DNA of 64,000 bases from an uncultured Robiginitomaculum sp. (GCA_938015875.1 CALLXE010000047.1:7101-71100); one strand, 5' to 3'; positions 40,540-51,354 are shown, counted from the first letter of the stretch. Program-made: numbers and translations. Notes: generated by a model from the sequence alone, not told the origin.

Positions 40540-41799
40540 ATGTTTATGCGCACCGCATTTGTAAAATCACTCGGATCGGCTCTGATGCTCACGGCCGCAA
40601 TTTTGGCCCCGGCAAACGCTGCGGCGCAAATGCCTCACGGCATTGCTGCGACGGTGAATGAAGACATTATCACCACCTATGATTTGCGTCAGCGCGTCCT
40701 GTTCAACCTGATGGCCTCGGGCGCTAAGCCGGATGAGGCCACCTTAAACCGCATGCAATTGCAGGCCCTTCGCGCATTGGTCGATGAACAAATTCAAATG
40801 CAGGAAGCCGGTAAATTTGATCTGACCGTCAGCGACGCAGAAGTTGAGCGCTCCGTTGAACGTTTGGCGCGGGGCAATGACATGACCGTCGCTGAAATTA
40901 CGGCGCAGATGAGTTCGGTCGGTATTAATCTCAACACGCTGCGTGACCAAGTTCGCGCCGAAGTGGCGTGGCAGCGCATTGTCAGCGGCCGCTATGGCTC
41001 GCGCATTCGAATCAGTGACACCCAGATTGACGAGACAATCAATCGCCTGTCCGCCAATGTTAACAAGCCAAGCTATCTTGTCTCTGAAATCTTTATCGAA
41101 GCCACGCCTGATATCGGCGGTATGGACGGCGCAACGGAAGGCGCGATGGCTATGATCCAGCAGGTTCAAAAGGGAGCGCCCTTTACGGCACTGGCCCGTC
41201 AATTTTCCTCCTCTGCAACATCGGCCCAAGGCGGTGATATGGGCTGGGTGCGCGAAGGCGAGTTGCGGGCTGAAGTGAATACAGCCATCACAAAAATGGA
41301 AAAAGGCAGTATTTCCGCGCCTATCGCCGTGCCGGGCGGCGTTTACGTCGTGGCTCTTCGGGATAAACGTCAAAGCACTTCAGAGACGGTTTATAAACTT
41401 GAACAAATTCGCGTATCAGCAGAAACGCCGGATGCTGTGAATGCAGCCAAAGCTGCGCTCGAAAGTTTGCAAATCTCGCTTAAATCCTGCGACGCTGTTG
41501 AAGACGCCATTGAAGACATTGAAGGCGCGGAAACGGCCGATATGGGCGAAGTGAAATCAAGCGAAGTCAGTGACGAAATCCTCAGCGTCCTGTCCACAAC
41601 TGACGTGAATGCTTTGTCCGCGCCCATGGAACTGACAGGCGGCGTCATGTCTCTGATGGTCTGTGACCGCCGCGTCCAAGGCTCCGGCATCCCGACCCGG
41701 CAAGAGGTTGAAGATCGCCTGATTGATCAACAATTGGCGCAAAGCTCTAAACGCTATCTGCGTGACCTGCGCCGCGCCGCCACGATTGAAACCCGATAA
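40540..41799 (+). CDS. surA: Periplasmic chaperone/PPIase SurA
   Basis: Signal peptide, IAATVNEDIIT, ARQFS…GGDMGW, YLRDLRR; upstream of pdxA. Confidence 0.9.
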   Translation: MFMRTAFVKSLGSALMLTAAILAPANAAAQMPHGIAATVNEDIITTYDLRQRVLFNLMASGAKPDEATLNRMQLQALRALVDEQIQMQEAGKFDLTVSDAEVERSVERLARGNDMTVAEITAQMSSVGINLNTLRDQVRAEVAWQRIVSGRYGSRIRISDTQIDETINRLSANVNKPSYLVSEIFIEATPDIGGMDGATEGAMAMIQQVQKGAPFTALARQFSSSATSAQGGDMGWVREGELRAEVNTAITKMEKGSISAPIAVPGGVYVVALRDKRQSTSETVYKLEQIRVSAETPDAVNAAKAALESLQISLKSCDAVEDAIEDIEGAETADMGEVKSSEVSDEILSVLSTTDVNALSAPMELTGGVMSLMVCDRRVQGSGIPTRQEVEDRLIDQQLAQSSKRYLRDLRRAATIETR

Positions 41800-41803
41800 C
41801 GCT

Positions 41804-42859
41804 GTGAGCGCCAAGGGCTTCGCCCCGTTCACTCTATCCCCGCTTGCCGTAACGCTCGGGGACCCGGCGGGGATTGGACCTGAGATCACCTTAAAGGCTT
41901 GGCAAGCCATATGCGCCGTTAAAACCGCCCGCCCGTTTTTTGTCATTGGGTGCGTAAAAACCCTGTCCGTGACAGCTAAAGCGCTTGGCATATCTGCCCC
42001 TGTGAAAATCAGCGCGCCTGAAGACGCGAAAGACATTTTTGCGCGCGCCCTGCCCGTTCTTCCGATAGATTGTCCGCCTGTTACCGCCGGGCGCCCGAAC
42101 AGCAATGCTGCGCCCGCTATAATCGGTTCGATTGAAGCGGCCGTCTCGCTCACCCTCGCCGGCAAAGCGAGCGCCGTCGTTACAAACCCGATTGCGAAAA
42201 ACGTGCTTTATGACGCCGGATTTACCCATCCCGGGCACACTGAATTTCTGGGCGCTTTAACCGCTGATGTTCCCGGTCCGGACCCGCGCGGCCCCGTGAT
42301 GATGTTATCGGCTGCGGGCCTGCATGTAGCGCTCGCGACAATCCATATTCCCGTGACGGCTGTCCCGAAATCACTGACGACTGACGGCATTGTCAAAACA
42401 GCCCGCATTATGGACAGAGCCCTGCGTGACTATTTTGGCCATAAATCGCCACGTATAGCCCTGACCGGGCTTAACCCCCATGCGGGAGAAGCCGGCGGCA
42501 TTGGCCGTGAAGAAATAGAAATCATCAATCCCGCCGCGCAGATCCTCAGGGATATGGGCATTAATGCGACAGACGCACAGCCCGCCGACACGCTGTTTCA
42601 CGCAGAAGCACGCGAGGGTTATGACGCCGTACTGGCCATGTATCATGACCAAGGCCTCATCCCTGTTAAAACGCTGGATTTTCACGGGGGCGTCAACATC
42701 ACGCTCGGCCTTCCGATTATCCGAACATCTCCGGATCATGGCACAGCGTTTGATATTGCCGGCACGGCAATCGCCCGCCCGAACAGCCTGATCGCCGCAA
42801 TTACCCGCGCGAGCGCTATGGCCGGCAGCGCCGAAGTCCGTAGGGACGTCGCGACATGA
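41804..42859 (+). CDS. pdxA: 4-hydroxythreonine-4-phosphate dehydrogenase
   Basis: GDPAGIGPE, PGHTEFL, GLNPHAGE, MYHDQG, RTSPDHGTA; GTG start approximate. Confidence 0.96.
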   Translation: MSAKGFAPFTLSPLAVTLGDPAGIGPEITLKAWQAICAVKTARPFFVIGCVKTLSVTAKALGISAPVKISAPEDAKDIFARALPVLPIDCPPVTAGRPNSNAAPAIIGSIEAAVSLTLAGKASAVVTNPIAKNVLYDAGFTHPGHTEFLGALTADVPGPDPRGPVMMLSAAGLHVALATIHIPVTAVPKSLTTDGIVKTARIMDRALRDYFGHKSPRIALTGLNPHAGEAGGIGREEIEIINPAAQILRDMGINATDAQPADTLFHAEAREGYDAVLAMYHDQGLIPVKTLDFHGGVNITLGLPIIRTSPDHGTAFDIAGTAIARPNSLIAAITRASAMAGSAEVRRDVAT

Positions 42860-43707
42860 GTGTTTCAGACCTGGCACCGCTTCGCGAGATTATCGCCCGT
42901 TACGGCCTGTCCGCCGATAAAAGCTTTGGGCAGCATTTTCTGCTCGATTTAAACATCACCGACAAAATTGCCCGCGCCACCGGGCCATTGAGCGGCGTTA
43001 CGGTCATGGAAATCGGCCCCGGCCCCGGCGGACTGACGCGGTCCCTGCTCACCGCCGGCGCAGAGAAAGTCGTCGCCGTGGAAATGGATATACGGTTCAT
43101 GCCGGCGCTGGAAGACATCATCAACGCATCTGATGAGCGGCTTAAAGTCGTGCTTGGCAACGGTTTAAAGGTCAATCCGGCTGATCACGGTGTGACACGC
43201 ATTGCCGCGAACCTGCCGTATAATGTCGGGACAAAAATGCTGATTAATTGGCTGACGGCGCGGCCCATATTCTGGGACCGGCTTGTGCTGATGTTTCAAA
43301 AAGAAGTGGCGGACCGCGTCACCGCCCGGCCCGGCGACAAAGCCTTCGGACGCTTGGCTATCCTGACGCAATCCATTGCCAGCGCGGATAATCTTATGGA
43401 TGTACCGGCCCGCGCCTTTACCCCGCCGCCAAAGGTCGACAGCGCCGTTGTCGTTCTGGAACCCCTGCCGGTAGGCGAGCGCTATGATGATTTGAAATCT
43501 TTGTCCTCGGTTACCCAAGCCGCGTTTGGTATGCGCCGCAAAATGCTTCGCCGGTCTTTGCGCGGGATCGGGAAACAGAAGGGATTAGACGTTGACAACT
43601 GGCTGAAAACAGCCGGTGTTGATCCGGAGAAACGCCCGGAAGCCTTGCAAATTGAGGACTTCCACCGACTCGCGGATTATCTGCGTGAGAACAGCAAAGC
43701 AGCCTAG
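42856..43707 (+). CDS. rsmA: 16S rRNA dimethyltransferase KsgA
   Basis: GQHFL, EIGPGPG, NLPYN, MFQKEVA, PPPKVDS. Confidence 0.96.
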   Translation: MSVSDLAPLREIIARYGLSADKSFGQHFLLDLNITDKIARATGPLSGVTVMEIGPGPGGLTRSLLTAGAEKVVAVEMDIRFMPALEDIINASDERLKVVLGNGLKVNPADHGVTRIAANLPYNVGTKMLINWLTARPIFWDRLVLMFQKEVADRVTARPGDKAFGRLAILTQSIASADNLMDVPARAFTPPPKVDSAVVVLEPLPVGERYDDLKSLSSVTQAAFGMRRKMLRRSLRGIGKQKGLDVDNWLKTAGVDPEKRPEALQIEDFHRLADYLRENSKAA

Positions 43708-43723
43708 GTTTCAGACGTGAAAA

Positions 43724-44365
43724 TCAGCCGCCCTGCACCAATGCTTTTACGAACGGCCCGAGCCATAGCTGACGTTTGCGCGCAAGCCGCTCTGCGGTGA
43801 CCATGGCGCGGAGCTGCTCCATTGACGTCTCCACATCATCATTGACGATAACGTAGTCATATTCCGTCCAATGGCTGATCTCATTCTCTGACTTGGCCAT
43901 GCGTTTGGCAATAACGTCGTCGCTGTCCTGGGCGCGGGTTTTTAAGCGGCGTTCAAGCTCAACTTTACTGGGCGGCAGGATAAAGATTTTGACCAAATCT
44001 CCACCCGCGGCTTGAGTAAGCTGCTGCGCGCCCTGCCAATCAATATCAAACACGACATCTTTGCCTGATTGCAGTGCCTCTTCGACCGGACCGATGGGCG
44101 TGCCGTAATAATTATCGAACACTTTAGCATATTCCAAAAACTGATCATCAGCGATCATGGCTTCGAACTCCGACGTGCTGACAAAATAATAATCAACCCC
44201 GTCTTGCTCTCCTTTACGGGGCTTGCGCGTTGTCGCTGATACGGACATGGCCATATCTGAATTTTCCGCGAGCATTTTACGGGTCAGCGTTGTTTTGCCG
44301 GCCCCGGAAGGACTGGAAAGTACGATCATGAGGCCGCGGCGTCCGGAAGCGTTTTGGTCTGTCAT
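43724..44365 (-). CDS. gmk: Guanylate kinase
   Basis: SSPSGAGKTT, TTRKPR, DIDWQGA. Confidence 0.97.
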   Translation of the reverse strand: MTDQNASGRRGLMIVLSSPSGAGKTTLTRKMLAENSDMAMSVSATTRKPRKGEQDGVDYYFVSTSEFEAMIADDQFLEYAKVFDNYYGTPIGPVEEALQSGKDVVFDIDWQGAQQLTQAAGGDLVKIFILPPSKVELERRLKTRAQDSDDVIAKRMAKSENEISHWTEYDYVIVNDDVETSMEQLRAMVTAERLARKRQLWLGPFVKALVQGG

Positions 44366-44376
44366 AGCGGCGCTTT

Positions 44377-45426
44377 CTATTGTTGGCGGCGTTTTTGCGC
44401 GCGTTCGCGGGCGCGAAGGGCGCGAACGTGTTTTTCGTGCTCGGCATTAGTTTTGGAAAACACATGACCGCCGGTACCATCGGTCACGAAGAATAAAACA
44501 TCAACGTCATCGGGGTTCAGCACCGCCGCAATGGCCGCCCCGCCTGGATTGCAAATCGGTGTCTTTGGCAGGCCATCCATTTGGTAAGTATTCCAATCGG
44601 TCTTGCGCGCAATCTCGGAGACACGGATCCCACGTCCCAGCTTTTCGCCGCCGGTAATCCCGTAAATAATGGTCGGGTCCGATTGCAGACGGATTCCTCG
44701 GCGCAGACGGTTAGTAAACACGCCGGCAACCTTGCCGCGTTCTGAATTAATGCCGGTTTCTTCTTCGACAACGGACGCCAATATAATAGCGTCGCGCTTT
44801 GTTTTGACGGGCAAATCATCGGCGCGCTGTTCCCATAACTCGTCAATTAAATCAGTTTGTGCTTTTTGCATTTTTGCCACCAGCATTTTGCGCGTCATGC
44901 CACGCGGGGACAGATAAGTTTCCGGCAGAAGCGTCCCCTCGGCAGGCGTTTCGGGCATGTCACCGGTCAGACTTGGCGCGGCCGCAATGATTCGCATAAT
45001 TTGCGCGCTTGTCAGCCCTTCCGGGATTGTCACCGGGTAAAGGACAGCTTTGCCGTTTGCGAGTTGATCATAAATGCCCGCCATGCCGGCCGGGGTTTTG
45101 ATCTCAAACTCACCGGCTTTGAAATTGCCTTCATTACCGCGCAGTTTCGTTACGGCTTTGAATATAAATGCACTGTCTATCAAGCCGTCTTTTTCAAGTC
45201 GGGCTGCGATCGTTGAAAGCCCGGAGCCGCGCGGCACATCGAACACGACCGATTTAGCCCCGCCTTCAGGGGTCTTTTCAAACGTGTAATTCAACCAAGA
45301 ATATCCAATAATAACAATACCCAGCGTCAATGTGATAAGGCCGCCAAGGCCAACCAGTATCAGGCTCGATTTATTTTTTTTACCGATTTTTTTCCGGTCA
45401 ACAGGTGTGGGTTCAGGCTTTGACAA
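44377..45426 (-). CDS. mltG: Endolytic transglycosylase MltG
   Basis: N-terminal TM, TIPEG, EGTLLPETY, LASVVEEE, LQSDPT, GLPKTPICNPG. Confidence 0.94.
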   Translation of the reverse strand: MSKPEPTPVDRKKIGKKNKSSLILVGLGGLITLTLGIVIIGYSWLNYTFEKTPEGGAKSVVFDVPRGSGLSTIAARLEKDGLIDSAFIFKAVTKLRGNEGNFKAGEFEIKTPAGMAGIYDQLANGKAVLYPVTIPEGLTSAQIMRIIAAAPSLTGDMPETPAEGTLLPETYLSPRGMTRKMLVAKMQKAQTDLIDELWEQRADDLPVKTKRDAIILASVVEEETGINSERGKVAGVFTNRLRRGIRLQSDPTIIYGITGGEKLGRGIRVSEIARKTDWNTYQMDGLPKTPICNPGGAAIAAVLNPDDVDVLFFVTDGTGGHVFSKTNAEHEKHVRALRARERAQKRRQQ

Positions 45427-45435
45427 CGGCCCGCC

Positions 45436-46722
45436 CTAAACTTTTGCAAACACCAGCGAGGCGTTTGTGCCGCCAAAGCCAAAGCTATTACACAGAACCG
45501 CGTCACCTTTAAACGGAGCCGCTTTATTGGGAACCAGATTAAGCCGCGTCTCGACGGATTGGTTTTCCAGATTAATCGTCGGCGGCGCCATTTGATCGCG
45601 CAAAGCCAATATAGAGAAAATCGCCTCAATCGCGCCGGCCGCGCCAAGCAAGTGTCCGGTCGAAGATTTTGTTGATGACATGAGCGTGCCGTCAGCGGTA
45701 TCGCCGAACAGACGCTCTACGGCGCGCACTTCAATTTCGTCGCCCATCGGGGTCGAGGTTCCGTGGGCATTAATATAGCCAATGTCAGACGGCGTCATAG
45801 ACGCGTCTTTCAGCGCCGCTTTCATCGCGCGATAGCCGCCGTCACCGTCCGGCGCCGGGCTTGTAATGTGATAAGCATCACCGGACAGGCCATAGCCTTT
45901 ATATTCAGCGTAAATATGTGCGCCGCGGGCGACCGCATGTTCATATTCTTCCAAAACAAGGCTGCCTGCACCCTCGCCCATCAAAAATCCGTCTCTGCCC
46001 GAATCATACGGACGGGAGGCTCTTGTGGGCTCTTCGTTATAGCCGGTAGTCATGGCGCGGCAGGCCACAAAGCTGGCAATTCCAAGGCGGCAAATCGCGC
46101 TTTCGCCGCCGCCCGCGACCATAACGTCCGCGTCACCGCGTTCAATCAGGCGCGCTGCATCACCGATAGCATGAGCTCCGGTCGCGCAGGCTGTAACAAC
46201 GCTGTGGTTGGGGCCTTTAAAGCCGTTGCGGATAGAAATTTGTCCCGCCGCAAGATTAATCAACATGCCGGGAATCACAAAAGGCGACAGCCGTCTGGGG
46301 CCGCGCTCATGAAGCGTTATGGAGGCGTCATAGGTGGTCTCAAGACCACCAATACCTGAGCCGAACAGCACGCCTGTGCGCTCTTGGGCCTCTGGGTCGT
46401 CTTCGCCGGGCTGCCAGCCGGAATCTTTTATCGCTTCATCAGAGGCCGCGATTGAATAGAGAATAAAGTCATCAATACGCTTTTGATCGCGCGCCGCCAT
46501 AACATCATCGGGATTAAAGCTCCCGGAGATTTCAGGACCGCCGTCGCCGCGCCCATCAATACGGGGAACCATAGCGGCAATTTTGCATGCTAAATCTTCG
46601 GTTTCAAAATGCTTGATCTTGCCCGCGCCGGATTTCCCGGCAAGCAAGCGCTCCCAAACAATATTGGCCCCGCAACCCAAAGGGGTCACGAGGCCAAGAC
46701 CTGTTACGACAACGCGCCGCAT
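45436..46722 (-). CDS. fabF: Beta-ketoacyl-ACP synthase II
   Basis: TACATG, NAHGTST, GHLLGAAG, NSFGFGG. Confidence 0.97.
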   Translation of the reverse strand: MRRVVVTGLGLVTPLGCGANIVWERLLAGKSGAGKIKHFETEDLACKIAAMVPRIDGRGDGGPEISGSFNPDDVMAARDQKRIDDFILYSIAASDEAIKDSGWQPGEDDPEAQERTGVLFGSGIGGLETTYDASITLHERGPRRLSPFVIPGMLINLAAGQISIRNGFKGPNHSVVTACATGAHAIGDAARLIERGDADVMVAGGGESAICRLGIASFVACRAMTTGYNEEPTRASRPYDSGRDGFLMGEGAGSLVLEEYEHAVARGAHIYAEYKGYGLSGDAYHITSPAPDGDGGYRAMKAALKDASMTPSDIGYINAHGTSTPMGDEIEVRAVERLFGDTADGTLMSSTKSSTGHLLGAAGAIEAIFSILALRDQMAPPTINLENQSVETRLNLVPNKAAPFKGDAVLCNSFGFGGTNASLVFAKV

Positions 46723-46729
46723 GGGCGGA

Positions 46730-46963
46730 TTAGACTTTTTCAGAAATCAGTTTAACCGCGTCACCGACGGTTTGGATGCCCTCTGCGGCGTCATCCGGGA
46801 TTTCAATATCAAACTCTTCTTCAAACGCCATGACAAGCTCAACATTATCGAGGCTGTCTGCGCCGAGATCGTCGATGAAGTGCGCGTTTTCAGTCACTTT
46901 GCTCTCTTCAACGTCGAGGTGCTCTACGACCATTTTTTTAACGCGGGCTAATACATCTGACAT
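46730..46963 (-). CDS. acpP: Acyl carrier protein
   Basis: [19 protein letters not shown]. Confidence 0.98.
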   Translation of the reverse strand: MSDVLARVKKMVVEHLDVEESKVTENAHFIDDLGADSLDNVELVMAFEEEFDIEIPDDAAEGIQTVGDAVKLISEKV

Positions 46964-47125
46964 AAGCCAATTCCTTACTTTTATTTTCTGCTCCGGACAC
47001 TGCGCCCTCGGCTATTGTTAGTTGGGGGCCGTAGCCGAAACTTCAACCCTATATTCCACATAAGCGCGGCAAATAACACAGTTTATTTTCAAAGCCCAGC
47101 GGGAGTTTGCGCGCCGGTCCGGGCG

Positions 47126-47866
47126 CTAAATCATCGCCATGCCGCCGTTTACATGCAGGGTTTGCCCCGTGACATAACCGGCTTCACTGCCGGCCAGAAA
47201 TAATGCCGCCGCAGCGATATCTTGCCCTGTACCGAGAGCACCCGCGGGTATATTGCGCAAAATAGCGTCCTTTTGGGCCTCGTTAAGTGCATCAGTCATC
47301 GGAGAGGCAATAAAACCGGGCGCAATACAATTGGCCGTGACGCCGCGCGAGGCGACTTCTTGGGCGAGCGCTTTCGTCATGCCGATCATGCCGGCTTTGG
47401 ACGCCGCATAGTTCGCCTGCCCCGGATTTCCGGTCACGCCGACAACAGATGTAATCCCGATGATTCGGCCATAGCGAGCCTTCATCATACCGCGCAGGGC
47501 AGATTTGGTGAGGCGGAAATAAGCTTCCAGATTGACCTTTTGAACAATATCCCAATCGTCCTGCTTCATCCGCATCATAAGGCCGTCGCGGGTCAGGCCC
47601 GCGTTTGACACCAAGATATCAACGCCGCCGCCCATAGCGTCCGCCGCTTGGCCGACCAAGGCATCGACAGCATCGCTGTCAGATAAGTTACAGGGCGTCA
47701 CGAAAGCACGGTCACCAAGCTCGGATGCCAAGTCCACAAGCTTTTCAGCCCGCGTACCGGACAAAGCGACAGTCGCGCCCTGAGCATGGAACAGCCGCAC
47801 AATTTCGCCGCCAAGGCCGCCGGTCGCGCCTGTAATCAGGGCGCGTTTTCCAGTTAAATCAAACAT
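47126..47866 (-). CDS. fabG: 3-oxoacyl-ACP reductase
   Basis: TGATGGLG, NAG, GQANYAASK, GQTLHVNGG. Confidence 0.97.
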   Translation of the reverse strand: MFDLTGKRALITGATGGLGGEIVRLFHAQGATVALSGTRAEKLVDLASELGDRAFVTPCNLSDSDAVDALVGQAADAMGGGVDILVSNAGLTRDGLMMRMKQDDWDIVQKVNLEAYFRLTKSALRGMMKARYGRIIGITSVVGVTGNPGQANYAASKAGMIGMTKALAQEVASRGVTANCIAPGFIASPMTDALNEAQKDAILRNIPAGALGTGQDIAAAALFLAGSEAGYVTGQTLHVNGGMAMI

Positions 47867-47887
47867 ATAGAGTCTTTCTTTTAAGTC

Positions 47888-48832
47888 TTATGAGGTCAAT
47901 GAAGCGGCAAAGGCTTCGAGTTTTTCAGGCGTATCAAGCGTATGTCCCGATACTTCTTTGACGATGCGGCGCAGCATAACGGTCAGGACTTTGCCAATGC
48001 CAGGCTCTGCAAAATCAGTGATGCCGTTATCGGTCATCCAAAGGATCGATTCGCGCCAGCGTACTTGTCCTGTGACTTGCGTCACCAAATCATTACGGAG
48101 TGTATCGGGATCGGTGACCGGCCCGGCGCTGACATTATTCACGACCGGCACAGCAGGTTCATTAAATAATGTATCCGCGAGCGCCGCTTTCATGGCGTCG
48201 GCGGCAGGCTGCATCAGGCTGCAATGGAACGGCGCCGACACGGCGAGCATCATGGCTTTCTTAACGCCATTCGCCTGCGCGTAGTCTGCAGCGGCCTGAA
48301 CGGCGGCTTTTTCGCCGGACAGAACAATCTGCCCGGTCGCATTATCATTGGCAATTTGAACTACGCCGTGCGCGCTTCCGGAATTGCAGGCGGCCAAAGC
48401 ATCTTCAGGGGTTGCGCCTAATAATGCGGCCATTGCGCCGATCCCGGGGGCAACAGCAGCTTGCATAGATTGACCTCTAAGTTTCAATAGCTTAGCCGTA
48501 TCTGTTAAATTCAATACACCGGCGACGCATAATGCAGAATACTCGCCCAGCGAATGTCCGGCGACATATTTTGCCGCCGTCACATCAATGCCAAACTCTG
48601 CCTTGAGTGCGCGCATGGCCGCGACGCTGCACGCCATTAAGGCCGGCTGGGCATTCTCAGTGAGGGTTAAGTCCTCAATCGGGCCATTCGTCATCAAGTC
48701 TGACAGGTTCTGCCCTAATGCATCGTCCACCTCTTGGAATACCGCCTTCGCAGACGGAAAGGCCGCGCTCAGGCTTGCGCCCATGCCGACAGCTTGACTG
48801 CCCTGACCGGGGAAGAGAAATGCGAGTGCCAT
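47888..48832 (-). CDS. fabD: Malonyl-CoA-ACP transacylase
   Basis: FPGQGSQ, AGHSLGE, VSAPFH; start at MALAF. Confidence 0.97.
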   Translation of the reverse strand: MALAFLFPGQGSQAVGMGASLSAAFPSAKAVFQEVDDALGQNLSDLMTNGPIEDLTLTENAQPALMACSVAAMRALKAEFGIDVTAAKYVAGHSLGEYSALCVAGVLNLTDTAKLLKLRGQSMQAAVAPGIGAMAALLGATPEDALAACNSGSAHGVVQIANDNATGQIVLSGEKAAVQAAADYAQANGVKKAMMLAVSAPFHCSLMQPAADAMKAALADTLFNEPAVPVVNNVSAGPVTDPDTLRNDLVTQVTGQVRWRESILWMTDNGITDFAEPGIGKVLTVMLRRIVKEVSGHTLDTPEKLEAFAASLTS

Positions 48833-48954
48833 AAATGTGTCCTTTTTTAATTTGCGCAAACCTAGCCTGACGCCGGCAGAATAATCAAGGCAGCATGGAC
48901 CGATATAGGAACTTTGTAACATTCTTGCTTCCGCAACCGGCGTGAACGCAGCCG

Positions 48955-48991
48955 CTAACCAAAAATTAAGGGGCGACCGGTTAAGGTTAAC
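48955..48991. promoter_or_regulatory. CtrA-like box upstream of the coiled-coil gene
   Basis: CTAA-CCAAAAA-TTAA (N7 spacing) plus GGTTAAGGTTAAC half-sites. Confidence 0.45.
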
Positions 48992-49025
48992 ACAGGGATA
49001 AAATACTCATAACAGCGGACGGACT

Positions 49026-51215
49026 ATGCGCGCCTTTGATAAACTGAAATCGCTTGTCGGGGCGTCTGTCGGGCAAGATGCTTCCGACAGCAAAGATGTG
49101 AGTGGGCTTCCTGATATTGATACGTTGATCGCCACGGCAGCGCCGATTGCCAAAGGTTCTGAAATGCCCGTTGACGTGCCAAAGCTTCGCGCGAAGAAAA
49201 GTGAGCCTTTGATCCCGCCGTCCCTTGTGAAACCTGCCGCTGAAAATGCGAGCCCTGCGCCTGATTCAGACATGGATGACAAGTTCGTGTTGTTGCAGAC
49301 TGTTATTCCCGCCGGAGGCCCGGTCATCAAGCCGGCTCAGATCAAGCCTGCAACAATCCCCGCAACGCAAATTACACCGACCGCAAAAAGGCCGCCGCCT
49401 GTGGCCGAGACTAAGCCTGCCCCTGTCACCCCCCAAACAGAGTCCCCCTCCCCTATGACAAATGACAATCCTGCCTCCATGCCTGCCCCGAAGCCGTCTG
49501 ATAAACTGACAGTCGATCTGGATGCCCTTGATAAATTGATTACAGTTACGCCTGCCCCGACCTCTGCCGGTGCAGCGCCATCGCGTGAGCTTGGCCCCCG
49601 CCGCAAGACGGCCGGCCTGACCCATATGCGCAATGATCTGGCGCAGTTAAATAAGGATATGAGCAGCGGCGAGCAATTCTACGCCCAATCCTTGCGCCGC
49701 ATAAATGATCTGATTGAATATGCTTATGAGACCGAAACAACGCTAAGCGCTCTTGAGAAGTTGGAGCCCGAGAATGCCCGCCTTAAGACCGATTTGACAG
49801 AAGCGACGCAAAAACTGACGGATCAGGTCGTGCGCGCCGAATCAATGAAATCAAAAGCGGACGCCTATGAAACTCGCTATCTTGAAACCCGCCAAGCGCT
49901 GGAAAAAGCACAATTATCCCTGACTCAAATGGAGGCCCTTCGCGAAACGCTGTCCCGCGAGATTGAAGCCAAAGACAATGATCTGGCCATCATGATTAAC
50001 AAAGCGCGTGAAATTAAAAATGCGCATAATTTGGACGTGAAAGCCCTGGACGATTATAAGGCCAAAGCTTCAGAGCTTGCTAACGAACTATCTGTAACGC
50101 TCAGTGGCCGTCATGAAACAGAGCAGCGCCTTCAAGATATGAGCGCCCGGTATGAATCATTGCAAACAGAGCGCAGCGCTTTAGAGCGCATGGTCACCCA
50201 AACCCGAAACGCACAGCGGGCTACAGAAGAGCATAATCTTGCCCTGAAAACGCAGCTTGAAACAGTTTTGTCTGACGTAAAAATCTTCAAGCAGCAATTC
50301 GACGCCGCGGCACAAAATAAAGAGGCTGAAATCGGACTGCTACGCGGTAAACTTGCCGATATGAGCTCCGATTTGGCCGTTAAAGACGGCGTTGTTCATC
50401 GTGCTCACGAAGAAATGGCGGATTTGCGCGATAAGTTTGATACCGCGCATCGCGGGCGCCGTAAATTGCTCGAACATATTGAAGGCCAAAAAGCAGAAAC
50501 AGATCACCTGAAATCCGAGCTTGAGAAAATACGCGCAGAGCACAGCCGCCTCACCTCTGATTATGTCACCTCGCAAAATGATATTGAGAGCTTACACCGC
50601 GTCAACGAAGCCCAATCAGATAAGCTGAAACGCTATACGGCCCTCAATCGCAAACCGGTGGTGACGCCGGCGGCCTTTACTGTAGCGCCAAACCCTTTCC
50701 CGCCGGCCTCCATGCCCGTGGAAACCTTTGAAACGCCGGTTTTTGCCACGTCTGACACGCCCCCGCCTCATCCTGATACACTTGATGAGGTCATTGATTC
50801 GATAGAGACCCGACAGACTGCGGCGCCGGCAGACGCGTCGTCTCCGGAAATTCTTCCTGTTGCCCCTATGACAGATATAACTCCGGAGCCTTTGTCTGGC
50901 GCCGTCAGCCTTGATGAAACGGCGGCCGAGCTATCTGACGTTGATACAGCCCCCGAGACCGTCAGCTATCCCGACATTAACTTTGATTTTGAACCCGAAA
51001 CGGATCGCCGCGCTCCGGACAGCCCGATGCGCAATACAGGCTCAGGAAGCGATTTTGAGCGTGATTTCGCAGAACTTGCAGCAATGGCCCCCATTCGTAC
51101 TGATGCGCCGGTATCTCAAGACGCCTCTGAGGCCCTGAAATCCGACGCTGAAAAGATCGAAAAAGCGCTTTTGGAGTTTCATGACTTAGACCTGCTGGCC
51201 GAAAGCGCCGGATAG
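49026..51215 (+). CDS. Long coiled-coil protein with disordered Pro-rich head and acidic tail
   Basis: Heptad-rich, nearly Pro-free rod (about aa 195-540) flanked by P/A/T- and D/E/P-rich regions; no TM or signal peptide. Confidence 0.8.
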   Translation: MRAFDKLKSLVGASVGQDASDSKDVSGLPDIDTLIATAAPIAKGSEMPVDVPKLRAKKSEPLIPPSLVKPAAENASPAPDSDMDDKFVLLQTVIPAGGPVIKPAQIKPATIPATQITPTAKRPPPVAETKPAPVTPQTESPSPMTNDNPASMPAPKPSDKLTVDLDALDKLITVTPAPTSAGAAPSRELGPRRKTAGLTHMRNDLAQLNKDMSSGEQFYAQSLRRINDLIEYAYETETTLSALEKLEPENARLKTDLTEATQKLTDQVVRAESMKSKADAYETRYLETRQALEKAQLSLTQMEALRETLSREIEAKDNDLAIMINKAREIKNAHNLDVKALDDYKAKASELANELSVTLSGRHETEQRLQDMSARYESLQTERSALERMVTQTRNAQRATEEHNLALKTQLETVLSDVKIFKQQFDAAAQNKEAEIGLLRGKLADMSSDLAVKDGVVHRAHEEMADLRDKFDTAHRGRRKLLEHIEGQKAETDHLKSELEKIRAEHSRLTSDYVTSQNDIESLHRVNEAQSDKLKRYTALNRKPVVTPAAFTVAPNPFPPASMPVETFETPVFATSDTPPPHPDTLDEVIDSIETRQTAAPADASSPEILPVAPMTDITPEPLSGAVSLDETAAELSDVDTAPETVSYPDINFDFEPETDRRAPDSPMRNTGSGSDFERDFAELAAMAPIRTDAPVSQDASEALKSDAEKIEKALLEFHDLDLLAESAG

Positions 51216-51354
51216 CCCTGAACTCCGGCTTATAACAGCCATTCCCGCCTTGCATTACGCCCTGCCCTGTGTATAACCCGCCACTTACCGATTGCGGTCC
51301 GCGTCGGCCCTGTTTGCGTGGTGCAAGCATCCGGCTCGGAACCATCACTTATCT

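Noticed and set aside
44366-44376. yicC absent between mltG and gmk (likewise hom/glpX absent between the aminotransferase and recJ)
   Set aside because: Ordinary synteny variation; cannot be interpreted from this window.
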